Assembly (NCBI GenBank): GCA_045637465.1
Contig: JAZTZM010000040.1
Span: 111,399-175,398, forward strand
Reading direction: 5' to 3'
DNA: 64,000 bases
Source: Acutalibacteraceae bacterium
GTDB taxonomy: Bacteria > Bacillota > Clostridia > Oscillospirales > Acutalibacteraceae
Below the pieces are notes generated by a model. It was not told the DNA's origin. It ran no database searches and saw only the letters and a list, made by a program, of their open reading frames with translations. Both the position numbers and the translations under genes were made by a program. This document shows positions 27,789 through 37,418 of this stretch, piece after piece. The stretch's first letter is position 1; every line of letters starts with the position of its first letter.

Positions 27789-29096
27789 GTGGCTGAACTG
27801 AAAAGCTTTTTTGCACAGAATAAAGGTAAATGGCTTTGGGCGGTTGCGGCTTTTGCACTTTGTGCGCTTTTGCAGGAGTATGTGTTTCCCTTCCTGCTGT
27901 TGATTGCCTACATAAAAACCGTCAGCTTTAAAAAGCTGTCTCTTCGAACAGTCAGCGTCCCCGGCGTATTTCTTCTGCTGTTTGCGGCGTGGCAGATAAT
28001 CGGTCTGTTTTACAGCGGCTCAGCGGTTTCGGGTCTGTCGGGTGTTGCGATATGGCTTGCCGGATTCGTTTCCGTCATTATGATGAGCAGAAGCATTGAC
28101 ACTCCGCTCAGGCTTGACACGGTTATGTTTGCAGGCTCAATCGGCGGAGGTGTTGCAGGCGGTATCGGCGTAATGCAGATGGTGCTCTTCCACTATGGTG
28201 AGCTTATCTGGGCACCGCTCAAAACAATGTTTAACCCTTTCTGGCATCAGCTTGATAACCTTGTTGCAAAGCTGGCAATCAACTATCTTCTGCCCGACTT
28301 TGCAAGAAAATATATTCAGCGCACCGAATTTATTTCAATCGAAGAGCGTGCAAGCAGCACCTTCACAAACCCCGTTATGTTTGCCGCTTTCCTGACGATG
28401 ATGCTGCCGCTTGCAGTTTACTGTATGTTTTATCTTAGCGGCAAGGGTAAAAAGCTGGTCAGCTTCGGCTGTGCGGTGCTCATTGTCGGCGGCATTGCAG
28501 CATCATATTCAAGAGGTCCGTATCTTGCGCTTGCGGCATCGTTTATCGTGCTGCTTTTCTACGGCGGCAAACGCACTCTTGCCCTACTCGGCATCGGTGC
28601 AGGCGGAATTGCCGCGGTTGCGGTTGTGGCGGACGGTGTTTTCAAACGCTTGCTTACACTTTTCAACGGCAACGATATTTCGGTCAACACCCGCTCGGAT
28701 ATCTGGCGTGCCTGCTTCGATATGCTCAAGGGTCACTGGGTTTTCGGCTACGGTACGGGTGTCAACAACGTGCGTGAGCAGCTTCACGGTACATACAACA
28801 TAAACCAGCCGCACGCACATAATATTTTTATTCAGACTACGCTTGAAAACGGCATTATCGGCACAGCGCTTCTTCTGGGTTCATTCATCGTGTTTGGCAT
28901 AATGATGCTCAGGCTCTGCCGCAAAGGCAAAAAAGAGCGCGCCGTTGCAATCACACTCATCGCTTCGCTTCTGTCTTTCTGCGCCTGCGGTATGACGGAT
29001 TGCCTTTTCTACGGACTCAAGCTCAACATCTATATGATGATGTTCTTCGGCCTTGCGTCTGCGGCGGTGAATATTTACCTTAAGAAGAAAGAATAA
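27789..29096 (+). CDS. O-antigen ligase (Wzy_C) family polytopic membrane protein
   Basis: About 11 predicted TM stretches, ...SYSRGPYLAL... and a ...H..HN.F.. loop typical of the family. GTG start behind AAGGGGG. Confidence 0.72.
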   Translation: MAELKSFFAQNKGKWLWAVAAFALCALLQEYVFPFLLLIAYIKTVSFKKLSLRTVSVPGVFLLLFAAWQIIGLFYSGSAVSGLSGVAIWLAGFVSVIMMSRSIDTPLRLDTVMFAGSIGGGVAGGIGVMQMVLFHYGELIWAPLKTMFNPFWHQLDNLVAKLAINYLLPDFARKYIQRTEFISIEERASSTFTNPVMFAAFLTMMLPLAVYCMFYLSGKGKKLVSFGCAVLIVGGIAASYSRGPYLALAASFIVLLFYGGKRTLALLGIGAGGIAAVAVVADGVFKRLLTLFNGNDISVNTRSDIWRACFDMLKGHWVFGYGTGVNNVREQLHGTYNINQPHAHNIFIQTTLENGIIGTALLLGSFIVFGIMMLRLCRKGKKERAVAITLIASLLSFCACGMTDCLFYGLKLNIYMMMFFGLASAAVNIYLKKKE

Positions 29097-29124
29097 CACA
29101 TTATTTTAAAGGACGAGGTTCAGC

Positions 29125-31320
29125 TTGGTTAATGATGAAACAGAAATCATCGGTATCGTCGAAGACGTTTCGGTGCATATTGAAGAGACCGGCTTTACCG
29201 TGCTTGAGCTGTCGAGCGATGATGAATTCATCACCGTTGTCGGCGTGCTGCCCGATGTTGCAGTCGGTGAAAAGCTGACCGTCAGGGGCAACTATGATAC
29301 GCATCCGCTCTACGGCAGACAGTTCAAGGCAAAATCCTTTGCGCGCTCGCTTCCCTCAAGTGCGCAGGATTTATACAAATACCTTTCTGCAGGCACTGTC
29401 AAAGGCATAGGCCCTGCAACAGCGCAGAAAATTGTTGAGGAATTCGGTGACGATGCATTTGACATTCTCGAAAATCATCCCGAAAAGCTCAGCAAAATCA
29501 AAGGTATCTCAAGGCAGAAGGCGAACACAATCTGCGAGGAGTTTTCGCGTCAGTTTGCCGTCAGACAGACTCTTATTGCGCTCGAAAAATTCGGTATGAC
29601 CGCAAGAGAGAGCCTTAACGCATACAAAATTTTCGGCTTCAATGCCGTTGCTATGATTAAAACAAATCCGTACATTCTCTGCGCGGAGAGCATAGGTGTC
29701 AACTTTGAGCGAGCCGATGCAATTGCATCGTCACTGCCGGACAAGCCCGAGCAGATGCACCGCATACGTGCAGGTGTGCTTCACGTGCTCCGCCACAACC
29801 TCGGCAACGGTCATACCTGCTGCCCGAGAGATAAGCTGGCTCTGCCGGCAACCGAGCTGCTCGGTGTTGAGGAGCAGCTTTTGCGTGAAGCAACGGATGC
29901 ACTTATCAGCGACAGACAGCTTGTCAGCGAAGATCTTGACGGCAGGGAGTTCCTTTTTCTGCCATACATACACAGAAGTGAAAAAAATGCCGCAAGGCGC
30001 ATCAAGGTACTCTGCTCATTTCCTCCTGCAGGCAAACCTACACTGCTTCAGGATATTGAGGATATTGAGAATATGCTTTGCATAAGATATGAGCAAAAGC
30101 AGAAGGCGGCAATCATCACCGCTGTTGAAAAAGGTGTGCTTATACTGACCGGCGGTCCCGGTACGGGTAAGACAACCACGATAAACGGTATGATATCGCT
30201 GTTTCAGAAGGATAATCTGCGAATTGCGCTTGCTGCACCTACAGGCAGGGCGGCAAAACGGATGAGCGAAATCACGGGTATGGAGGCAAAGACCATTCAC
30301 AGACTGCTCGAGGTTGAGTGGGATGATGAAGACAATCAGGCATTTTCCAGAAATGAGCGCAACCCGATTGAGGCTGACGTGCTTATTGTGGATGAGCTGT
30401 CGATGATTGATATTCAGCTTTTCTCAAGCCTGCTCGATGCTCTGCCTCTCGGCTGCCGACTGATAATGGTGGGCGATTCCGATCAGCTTCCGCCTGTCGG
30501 CGCAGGCAACGTGCTCCACGATATGATAGGCAGCGGTATGCTGCCCGTTGTTGAGCTTAAAGAGGTGTTCCGTCAGGCTCAGCGCAGTGTGATTGTCACA
30601 AACGCACACAGAATTGTTTCGGGTGAAAACCCCGACCTTACAAGAAAAGACGGAGACTTTTTCTTCTTGCCCAGAAGAGTCGGTTCTCAGGCGGCAGATA
30701 CCGTTTGTGAGCTTTGTGCAAACCGTCTGCCAAAGGCTTACGACTATTCGCCGATAACTGATATTCAGGTGCTCTGCCCCTCCAGAAGAGGCGAAATGGG
30801 CACGTATAACCTCAACCGCCGTTTGCAGGAGGTAATAAATCCCCCCGATAAGAGGAAGAATGAAATTACCGTTGGTATGTTCCGCTTCCGTGAGGGCGAT
30901 AAGGTAATGCACATCAAAAACAACTACGACATCCTCTGGAAAAAGCCTGACGGCGAAGAGGGCAGCGGAGTTTTCAATGGCGATATCGGCACGATTGAGT
31001 CGATAAGACCCGACGGTATGACAAAGATAGTTTTCGATGACGGCAGAGAGTGCAGCTACTTCCCCGATACGATGAGGGAGCTTGAGCTTGCCTATGCCGT
31101 TACCGTGCACAAAAGTCAGGGCAACGAGTTTGAGGCGGTTGTTATGCCCGTGCTCAACACACCCGAGCTTCTCAGCTACCGTAACCTGCTTTACACAGCG
31201 GTTACAAGGGCGAAAAAGCTGATGATAATTGTCGGCAATGAGGAGCAGATATACAGAATGGCGCGCAACGATAAAAAGGCAAGGCGCTATTCGGCACTCA
31301 GACATTTTCTGCTTGAGTGA
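29125..31320 (+). CDS. recD2: RecD2-type SF1B ATP-dependent DNA helicase
   Basis: Walker A GGPGTGKTT, ...LIVDELSMID..., ...MVGDSDQLPPVG..., ...TVHKSQGNEF..., HhH region ...GIGPATAQKI.... Confidence 0.9.
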   Translation: MVNDETEIIGIVEDVSVHIEETGFTVLELSSDDEFITVVGVLPDVAVGEKLTVRGNYDTHPLYGRQFKAKSFARSLPSSAQDLYKYLSAGTVKGIGPATAQKIVEEFGDDAFDILENHPEKLSKIKGISRQKANTICEEFSRQFAVRQTLIALEKFGMTARESLNAYKIFGFNAVAMIKTNPYILCAESIGVNFERADAIASSLPDKPEQMHRIRAGVLHVLRHNLGNGHTCCPRDKLALPATELLGVEEQLLREATDALISDRQLVSEDLDGREFLFLPYIHRSEKNAARRIKVLCSFPPAGKPTLLQDIEDIENMLCIRYEQKQKAAIITAVEKGVLILTGGPGTGKTTTINGMISLFQKDNLRIALAAPTGRAAKRMSEITGMEAKTIHRLLEVEWDDEDNQAFSRNERNPIEADVLIVDELSMIDIQLFSSLLDALPLGCRLIMVGDSDQLPPVGAGNVLHDMIGSGMLPVVELKEVFRQAQRSVIVTNAHRIVSGENPDLTRKDGDFFFLPRRVGSQAADTVCELCANRLPKAYDYSPITDIQVLCPSRRGEMGTYNLNRRLQEVINPPDKRKNEITVGMFRFREGDKVMHIKNNYDILWKKPDGEEGSGVFNGDIGTIESIRPDGMTKIVFDDGRECSYFPDTMRELELAYAVTVHKSQGNEFEAVVMPVLNTPELLSYRNLLYTAVTRAKKLMIIVGNEEQIYRMARNDKKARRYSALRHFLLE

Positions 31321-31344
31321 TAAAGAAAAGGAGGAAAACCTATA

Positions 31345-31887
31345 ATGGAAAATTTTACGTTTGATGACGGCATTGAGCCGGGCGGACTCAGGTCGCGCAA
31401 TGAAATAAAGGTGCTTGTCTGCTATCTGCTTGCAGGTGTGGATGAGAGAATAACAAGAAGTCAGCTCTGTGAGATTGCACTTGATAAGGGTCTTGCAAAT
31501 TATTTCGAGGTCAATCAGGCTGTGAGCGAGCTTATCGAAAACGGTGCAGTGGTTTCTGATTTTATCGAGTGTGAGGAGTATCTCAGCGTCACCGATAAGG
31601 GTCGCTCATCCTCGAAAATGCTCGAGAGTCAGCTGCCGCGCTCTGTCAGAGAGAAGGCAATCAACGCCGCAATAAAAATGCTCACCCTTGCCAAGCGCAA
31701 GCGTGAGAATAAGGTTGAGGTCGAAAGGCTGGAGGATGGCGGTTTCCACGTAACCTTCACGATGGAAGAGATGATGAAGCTGACGATTTATGTCGCCGAC
31801 GAAATGCAGGTTGAAACGGTCAAGAATAATTTCTATGAAGACCCGATAAAACTGTATTCGGGCATTATAGCTTCACTTACAGTGTGA
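31345..31887 (+). CDS. DUF4364-family protein
   Basis: 180 aa starting ...GGLRSRNEIKVLVCYLL.... Family assignment is from memory of DUF4364. A good RBS (AGGAGGA) lies upstream. Confidence 0.65.
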   Translation: MENFTFDDGIEPGGLRSRNEIKVLVCYLLAGVDERITRSQLCEIALDKGLANYFEVNQAVSELIENGAVVSDFIECEEYLSVTDKGRSSSKMLESQLPRSVREKAINAAIKMLTLAKRKRENKVEVERLEDGGFHVTFTMEEMMKLTIYVADEMQVETVKNNFYEDPIKLYSGIIASLTV

Positions 31888-31891
31888 TAAC

Positions 31892-32138
31892 GAATTGGTT
31901 TACCAATTCAAATCATGTTGCACAGCAACAAATCATGGCAATAAGCCAAATCATGCGCAAGCAAATCATCAGGATATAAAAATAATGATACAAACTTACC
32001 TCGGTGTCGCTGACTTAACTTTGCGTATCAACTTTATTGAGGTATTAAAAATATGATTTGCCTGACGGCATGATTTGATTTCTTCGAAATCGTGATTTGT
32101 AAAATAAATTTTACATGATTTGTGTTTTTTTAAAACAC
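31892..32138. repeat. Composite hairpin-array element, copy A: 4x [G..C hairpin + AAATCAT], insert, then 4x [ATGATTT + G..C hairpin]
   Basis: AAATCAT at 31910, 31930, 31948, 31963. ATGATTT/GTGATTT at 32053, 32070, 32092, 32115. Each is flanked by a small hairpin (for example GAATTG/CAATTC, GTTGC/GCAAC, GCC/GGC, GATTTC/GAAATC, GTAAAAT/ATTTTAC, GTGTTTT/AAAACAC). Confidence 0.85.
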
Positions 32139-32196
32139 ATTTTATATATTAGGTAATAAACTCAAAGTATATTATAAAACGAAAGGCTGATAAAAA

Positions 32197-33861
32197 ATGG
32201 CAAAGTATACAATAGGTCTCGATTACGGCACGCTTTCCGGACGTGCGCTTATCGTCAACGTTGAAACAGGCGAGGAGCTTGCAAGCAGCGTTTACGAATA
32301 TCCCCACGCAGTTATGGATGAGAAGCTTCCCTGCGGCAAAAAGCTCGGTCAGGACTGGGCGCTTCAGCATCCGCAGGATTACATAGACGTGCTCAGCATC
32401 ACAATCCCCGACGTTATCAAAAAGAGCGGTGTTGATGCTGATGATATTATCGGTGTCGGTATCGACTTTACGGCTTGTACGGTGCTCCCCACAACAAAGA
32501 GCGGCACTCCGCTCTGCTTCCTTGATGAGTATAAGTCAGAGCCGCACGCTTACGTAAAGCTCTGGAAGCACCATGCTGCACAGGCACATGCAACACGCCT
32601 TAACGATATCGCAATCGAAATGGGTGAGGAGTGGCTTGAGAATTACGGCGGCAAAATTTCCTCCGAGTGGGCAATTCCGAAGCTCTGGCAGATTCTTGAC
32701 GAAGCTCCCGAAATCTATGAGAAGGCAGAGCGTTTCATCGAGGCTACAGACTGGGTTGTATGGCAGCTCACAGGTGTTGAAACACGCAACTCCTGCTGTG
32801 CAGGCTATAAGGCAATGTGGAATAAGACCACAGGCTATCCCTCAAACGAATTCTTCAAGGCTCTCGACCCGAGAATGGAGAACGTTATCGACGAAAAATT
32901 CGGCAGAGAGGTGCTTGCAAGCGGTAAGTGCGCAGGCTACATCACAGAAGAGGCTGCAAAGCTCACAGGTCTTAAACCCGGTACAGCTGTTGCCGCAGGT
33001 ATTATCGACGCTCATATTTTTGTTCCCGCTGTCGGTGTATCAAAGCCCGGTGAGATGGTTGCAATTATCGGCACGTCAACCTGCCATATGATGATGTCAG
33101 ATGTTGAGAAGAAGGTAAAGGGCATCTGCGGTGTTGTTGCAGACGGCATTATGCCCGGCCTTTACGGCTATGAAGCAGGTCAGAGCTGTGTCGGTGACCA
33201 CTTCGGTTGGTTTATTGACAACTGCCTGCCCGAAAGCTACTACAAAGAAGCTCAGGAGAAGGGTATCAATATCCACAAGCTCCTTCGCTCCAAGTGTGAG
33301 GCACAGAAACCCGGCGCAAGCGGACTTGTCGCACTCGATTGGTGGAACGGCAACCGTTCAATCCTCGTTGACGTTGACCTTACGGGTATGATTGTCGGTA
33401 TGACACTTCGCACAAAGCCTGAAGAAATCTACCGTGCACTTATCGAGGCAACGGCATACGGCACAAGAATGATTATTGAAAACTACCGTGAGCAGGGCGT
33501 TGAGGTCAACTCCTTCTATGCCGCAGGCGGTATTTCACAGAAAGACCCGATGACAATGCAGATTTATGCAGATATCATCAAAATGCCCATCAAGATTGCA
33601 GGCTCAGACCAGGGCGGTGCACTCGGCTCAGCTATCTTCGGTGCAGTTGCCGCAGGCAGTGAGAAGGGCGGCTATGACGACGCTTTCTATGCTGCAAGCA
33701 TTATGGGTAAGGTTAAGGACGTTGTTTACGAGCCTATCAAGGAGAATTCCGATATTTACGATAAGCTCTATGCAGAGTATAAGATTCTTCACGATTATTT
33801 CGGTCAGGGCGGTAACGACGTTATGAAGCGCCTTAAGGCAATCAAGGGCGAGAACGAATAA
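32197..33861 (+). CDS. araB: L-ribulokinase (FGGY family)
   Basis: The N-terminus [25 protein letters not shown]...[11 protein letters not shown] closely resembles Bacillus AraB. Length is 554 aa. Confidence 0.88.
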   Translation: MAKYTIGLDYGTLSGRALIVNVETGEELASSVYEYPHAVMDEKLPCGKKLGQDWALQHPQDYIDVLSITIPDVIKKSGVDADDIIGVGIDFTACTVLPTTKSGTPLCFLDEYKSEPHAYVKLWKHHAAQAHATRLNDIAIEMGEEWLENYGGKISSEWAIPKLWQILDEAPEIYEKAERFIEATDWVVWQLTGVETRNSCCAGYKAMWNKTTGYPSNEFFKALDPRMENVIDEKFGREVLASGKCAGYITEEAAKLTGLKPGTAVAAGIIDAHIFVPAVGVSKPGEMVAIIGTSTCHMMMSDVEKKVKGICGVVADGIMPGLYGYEAGQSCVGDHFGWFIDNCLPESYYKEAQEKGINIHKLLRSKCEAQKPGASGLVALDWWNGNRSILVDVDLTGMIVGMTLRTKPEEIYRALIEATAYGTRMIIENYREQGVEVNSFYAAGGISQKDPMTMQIYADIIKMPIKIAGSDQGGALGSAIFGAVAAGSEKGGYDDAFYAASIMGKVKDVVYEPIKENSDIYDKLYAEYKILHDYFGQGGNDVMKRLKAIKGENE

Positions 33862-33895
33862 TTCGGAATTATATTAAATTTAAGGAGGCAAGGCT

Positions 33896-34642
33896 TTGAA
33901 GAATGACCGACGCAGAATACATCTTATTGATGAGATAAGAGGTCTGTCAATAATACTTATGGTGTTTTACCACGGCTTCTTTATGCTCGGTTATTTTTTC
34001 GGGATAGAGTTTCTTGCAAAGGCGCAGACCTTTTTTGAACCGCTTCAGCCTGTTTTCGCCTGCCTCTTTATCTTTATTTCGGGCATATCGTCAAACCTTT
34101 CACGCAGCAATTTCAAGCGTGGCATAAGGCTGCTTGCAATTGCTCTCGGGTTTACGCTGGTTACGGCGGTTATACTGCCGAAATTTGACATAACGGGCGC
34201 AGAGATTTATTTCGGCGTGCTTCATCTGCTGAGCGTTTCGATGCTGCTTTATGCTTTGCTCAGACCGCTGCTTGCAAAGGTTAACACAACTGTCGGCATA
34301 CTTGCGACGCTTGTGCTTTTTGCGGTGAGTTATACTGTGCCAAAGGGCAATCTCATTGGGCTTGATTTGCCCGATGCGCCGTATAACCTCGGCTTTCTTG
34401 CTCCGCTCGGTTTTCCGGGTGAAGGTTTTTATTCGGCGGATTATTTTCCGCTTATTCCGTTTGTTTTTATGTTTGTTGCCGGCACGTTTTTCGGCAGACT
34501 CGCAACGTCGGGCAAGCTGCCTGAGTGGTGGTATGTTTCGCGTTGCAAGCCTCTGGCGGTTGTCGGCGGCAAAACGCTTATAATTTATATACTCCATTGG
34601 CCGATTATATTTTTAATAGGCTTGATAATCTCGCTGTTTTAA
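33896..34642 (+). CDS. DUF1624 (heparan-alpha-glucosaminide N-acetyltransferase-like) membrane protein
   Basis: ...RIHLIDEIRGLSIILMVFYH... N-terminal motif and multiple TM segments. TTG start 7 nt after GGAGG. Confidence 0.68.
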   Translation: MKNDRRRIHLIDEIRGLSIILMVFYHGFFMLGYFFGIEFLAKAQTFFEPLQPVFACLFIFISGISSNLSRSNFKRGIRLLAIALGFTLVTAVILPKFDITGAEIYFGVLHLLSVSMLLYALLRPLLAKVNTTVGILATLVLFAVSYTVPKGNLIGLDLPDAPYNLGFLAPLGFPGEGFYSADYFPLIPFVFMFVAGTFFGRLATSGKLPEWWYVSRCKPLAVVGGKTLIIYILHWPIIFLIGLIISLF

Positions 34643-34703
34643 TGTATAATGGGCACAGGTATATGTTCAGAAATTAAGAATTATAAAGTAAGGGTGACTT
34701 ATT

Positions 34704-35051
34704 ATGGAGAAAAACAGAGTCAGACTCAACATCTGCGGTGCAGATTACAGCATTACAACAGAGGACGATCCCAAGTACGTTATGGCGCTTGGCGATGAGC
34801 TTGATGCAGCTCTCACAAAGACACTTCGTGAGAACAGCCGTCTTTCCGTAACACAGGCTGCTATCCTTGCAGCTCTCGAATATGCTGATATGTACAAGAA
34901 GGCAGAAGTAAGCGCAGACAATCTCCGCGGTCAGATCAAGGAATATCTTGAGGATTCCGCACGCTCCAAGATGGATGCAGAGATTGCAAAGCGTGAGGTC
35001 GAAAGACTTACAAGAGAGCTTCAGAACGCTCAGGCAAAGCTCGGTGGTTGA
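34704..35051 (+). CDS. zapA: Cell division protein ZapA
   Basis: ...VRLNICGADYSITTEDDPKYV...LSVTQAAILAAL... followed by a coiled-coil tail. Confidence 0.85.
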   Translation: MEKNRVRLNICGADYSITTEDDPKYVMALGDELDAALTKTLRENSRLSVTQAAILAALEYADMYKKAEVSADNLRGQIKEYLEDSARSKMDAEIAKREVERLTRELQNAQAKLGG

Positions 35052-37089
35052 GGTATTAGCTCCTGCCGGAACATATGAAGCTGTTGAGGCGGCGGTGCGC
35101 TGTGGCGCAGACGCTGTTTACCTCGGCGGCAAAGTGCTGAATGCCCGCCGAAATGCGGGCAATTTCAGTTTTGAGGAGCTTAAATCGGCAACAGAATATT
35201 GTCACGTCAGAGGCACAAAGGTTTATCTGACGCTTAATACGCTCGCTTCGGATGCTGAACTTAAAAATGATGTTCAGTGTGCGGTGCGCGATGCCTGCGC
35301 GGCAGGTGTTGACGCTCTTATCATTCAGGATATGGGCGTTTTTCGTCTTGCAAAAATGTGTGCGCCCACAATGCCGCTGCACGCTTCAACACAGATGTCG
35401 GTGCATACGCTCGCAGGTGTAAAGCAGCTTGCAGAGATGGGCTTTTCCCGTGCGGTGCTCGCAAGGGAGCTTTCGCTTGATGAGATTGAATATATAGTTA
35501 AAAATTCACCTATTGATATAGAAGTGTTTGTTCACGGTGCGCTTTGTATGTGCGTTTCGGGTCAGTGCCTGATGAGCGCAATGCTCGGCTCACGCAGCGC
35601 AAACAGAGGGCTTTGTGCCCAGCCTTGCCGCTTGCCCTTTGCCGCAACCGACGGCACGGGCAACGACCTGAGCCTCAAGGATCTGTCAGCGATTGATTAC
35701 CTTGAAAAGCTTCGGGAAATCGGCGTAAAATCGTTCAAAATAGAGGGCAGAATGAAACGCCCGGAATATGTCGCCGCCGCTGTTACAGCGTGCAGAAAGG
35801 CGCTTAAAAACGAAAATGATGCTGTTTTGCGTGATCAGCTCCGCGGTGTGTTCTCACGCTCGGGTTTTACGCACGGCTATCTGACGGGTGAGCTTGGCAG
35901 GGATATGTTCGGCATCCGCCGTAAGGATGACGTTACTGCGGCACAGCCGGTGCTTAAAGAGCTTGCAAGGCTTTATGAAAAGGAGACACCCCGTGTCGGT
36001 GTTGATTTTATGTTCTGCGCCTATGAGGGCGAAACGGCAAGCCTCTCCGCAAAGGCGGCGGGCAAGAGCGCTTTTGTGCTCGGTGATGTCGAGGCACAGC
36101 CTGCACAGAACGTTCCTCTGACAGAAGAAAAGGTGCGCCAGCAGCTCGAAAAATGCGGCGGCACACCATTCTTTGTGAGCAGTATCGAGACGGATATTGA
36201 TGATAATATCAGCCTGCCTTTGTCGTCAATAAATGCACTCCGCAGAGCAGCTTTTGATAAACTCTACGAAGAGTTAAAACGCCCTTACAACCACGGTTTC
36301 AGGCCAATTAATGTGGAAAACTATGTGAAAAAAGTGAAAAACCCACAGTTTTTCGCACGTTTTTCTAAGTTTGAACAGGCAAAAGCAGTTTGGGAAAATG
36401 TGGAAAAGGTTATTCTTCCACTCTCCCAGGCACAGAAATCTGCAGAGAAAAATGCGGCAAAAACAGTGGCTGAAATACCGAGAGTATTTTTTGGGAAAGA
36501 GGACACGGTGCTCGAAAAACTGCGTGCTTTAAAACAGCTCGGAGTAGAGTGGGCAGCGTGCTCAACGCTTGATGCCGTTTACCTTGCAAAAAAGGCTCAG
36601 ATGCGGATTGTGCTGAGTATGGGAAGCAACGTTTTCAACTCGCTGAGCGCAGTGCAGGCAGAGGAGCTTGGCGCGGAAAAAATTGTTCTTTCGCCCGAAC
36701 TTACACTTATGCAGGCTTCGAAGGTTGGCGGTAAGAGCGAAAAGGGACTCATCGTTTACGGCAAGCTGCCGCTTATGATAACACGCAACTGCCCCATAAA
36801 GAACGGTACGGACTGTGCTCACTGCGGCGGCAAACGAAAGCTGACCGACAGGCTCGGCGTGGAATTTCCCGTGGTGTGTGAAAACGGCTATTCGCAGGTG
36901 CTCAATTCAAGACCGATTTATATGGCTGACAGACTGAGTGAAACCGCATTTGCCGATTTTAATCTGCTCTGGTTTACGGACGAGAGCGGTGATGAATGTA
37001 AACAGGTGCTTGAAAAGTATATGAGCGGTGCACCTGCACCCGACACAAAGGATTTTACACGCGGACTGTATTACAGAGGTGTGGAATAA
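35044..37089 (+). CDS. Peptidase U32 family protein
   Basis: ...EVLAPAGTYEAVEAAVRCGADAVYLGG..., ...E.F.HGALC...SGQC..S.....RSANRG.C.Q.CR... U32 signature. The start is uncertain. GTG at 35044 overlaps the zapA stop, and the track start at 34948 lies inside zapA. Confidence 0.82.
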   Translation: MVEVLAPAGTYEAVEAAVRCGADAVYLGGKVLNARRNAGNFSFEELKSATEYCHVRGTKVYLTLNTLASDAELKNDVQCAVRDACAAGVDALIIQDMGVFRLAKMCAPTMPLHASTQMSVHTLAGVKQLAEMGFSRAVLARELSLDEIEYIVKNSPIDIEVFVHGALCMCVSGQCLMSAMLGSRSANRGLCAQPCRLPFAATDGTGNDLSLKDLSAIDYLEKLREIGVKSFKIEGRMKRPEYVAAAVTACRKALKNENDAVLRDQLRGVFSRSGFTHGYLTGELGRDMFGIRRKDDVTAAQPVLKELARLYEKETPRVGVDFMFCAYEGETASLSAKAAGKSAFVLGDVEAQPAQNVPLTEEKVRQQLEKCGGTPFFVSSIETDIDDNISLPLSSINALRRAAFDKLYEELKRPYNHGFRPINVENYVKKVKNPQFFARFSKFEQAKAVWENVEKVILPLSQAQKSAEKNAAKTVAEIPRVFFGKEDTVLEKLRALKQLGVEWAACSTLDAVYLAKKAQMRIVLSMGSNVFNSLSAVQAEELGAEKIVLSPELTLMQASKVGGKSEKGLIVYGKLPLMITRNCPIKNGTDCAHCGGKRKLTDRLGVEFPVVCENGYSQVLNSRPIYMADRLSETAFADFNLLWFTDESGDECKQVLEKYMSGAPAPDTKDFTRGLYYRGVE

Positions 37090-37146
37090 GCCTTGTTTTT
37101 AAAGGTAGTCTGTGATAAAATAATTACAGTTTCTCAAAAAGCTAAT

Positions 37147-37323
37147 GAATTGATTCTAATCAATTCAAATCATGGAGCGTAAGCGAGAAATCATGGCGTT
37201 TACGCCAAATCATGTGACAGCAAATCATTTTAATTTTATTTTATGATTTGCCTTACGGCATGATTTGATTTAAAAAATCATGAATTGCAAAATTTTTATT
37301 TTGCATGATTTGCGATAAGTCGC
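37147..37323. repeat. Composite hairpin-array element, copy B: 4x [hairpin + AAATCAT] directly abutting 4x [ATGATTT + hairpin]
   Basis: AAATCAT at 37167, 37188, 37207, 37222. ATGATTT/ATGAATT at 37243, 37260, 37280, 37305. Hairpins are GAATTG/CAATTC, GGCG/CGCC, GCC/GGC, GATTT/AAATC, GCAAAAT/ATTTTGC, GCGA/TCGC. Confidence 0.85.
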
Positions 37324-37324
37324 A

Positions 37325-37418
37325 TTTATTGAGGTATCAAAAACGGAAAGGCAGAGAATAAAGCTTTCCTCGGTGTCTCGATGTCAAATAGTAAATCAAT
37401 TTTATTGAGGTATTAAAA
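37325..37418 (+). promoter_or_regulatory. Structured 5' leader of the DUF896 gene with a duplicated SD-containing 13-mer and a single anti-SD
   Basis: TTTATTGAGGTAT at 37325 and again at 37401 (the real RBS). GGAAAGC/GCTTTCC hairpin at 37345-37369. CCTC anti-SD at 37368-37371. Confidence 0.45.

Noticed and set aside
30424-31305. 293-aa minus-strand ORF inside recD2
   Set aside because: It is a shadow ORF opposite a well-supported helicase gene, with low-complexity, non-protein-like sequence and no start context.
32053-32073. Mini-ORF ATG ATT TGC CTG ACG GCA TGA (MICLTA*), also present in copy B (37243-37263) with a synonymous CTG/CTT difference. In copy A it lies 8 nt after a GAGGT Shine-Dalgarno.
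   Set aside because: The ORF is simply one ATGATTT unit, its GCC/GGC hairpin and the next unit. Copy B lacks any SD, and the synonymous change is the hairpin loop position. It is noted as a curiosity but not called as a gene.
31892-32138. Possibility that the repeat arrays are CRISPR arrays
   Set aside because: The repeat unit is only 7-8 nt and the spacers are 7-18 nt and self-complementary. The two halves are inverted and no cas genes are in the window.
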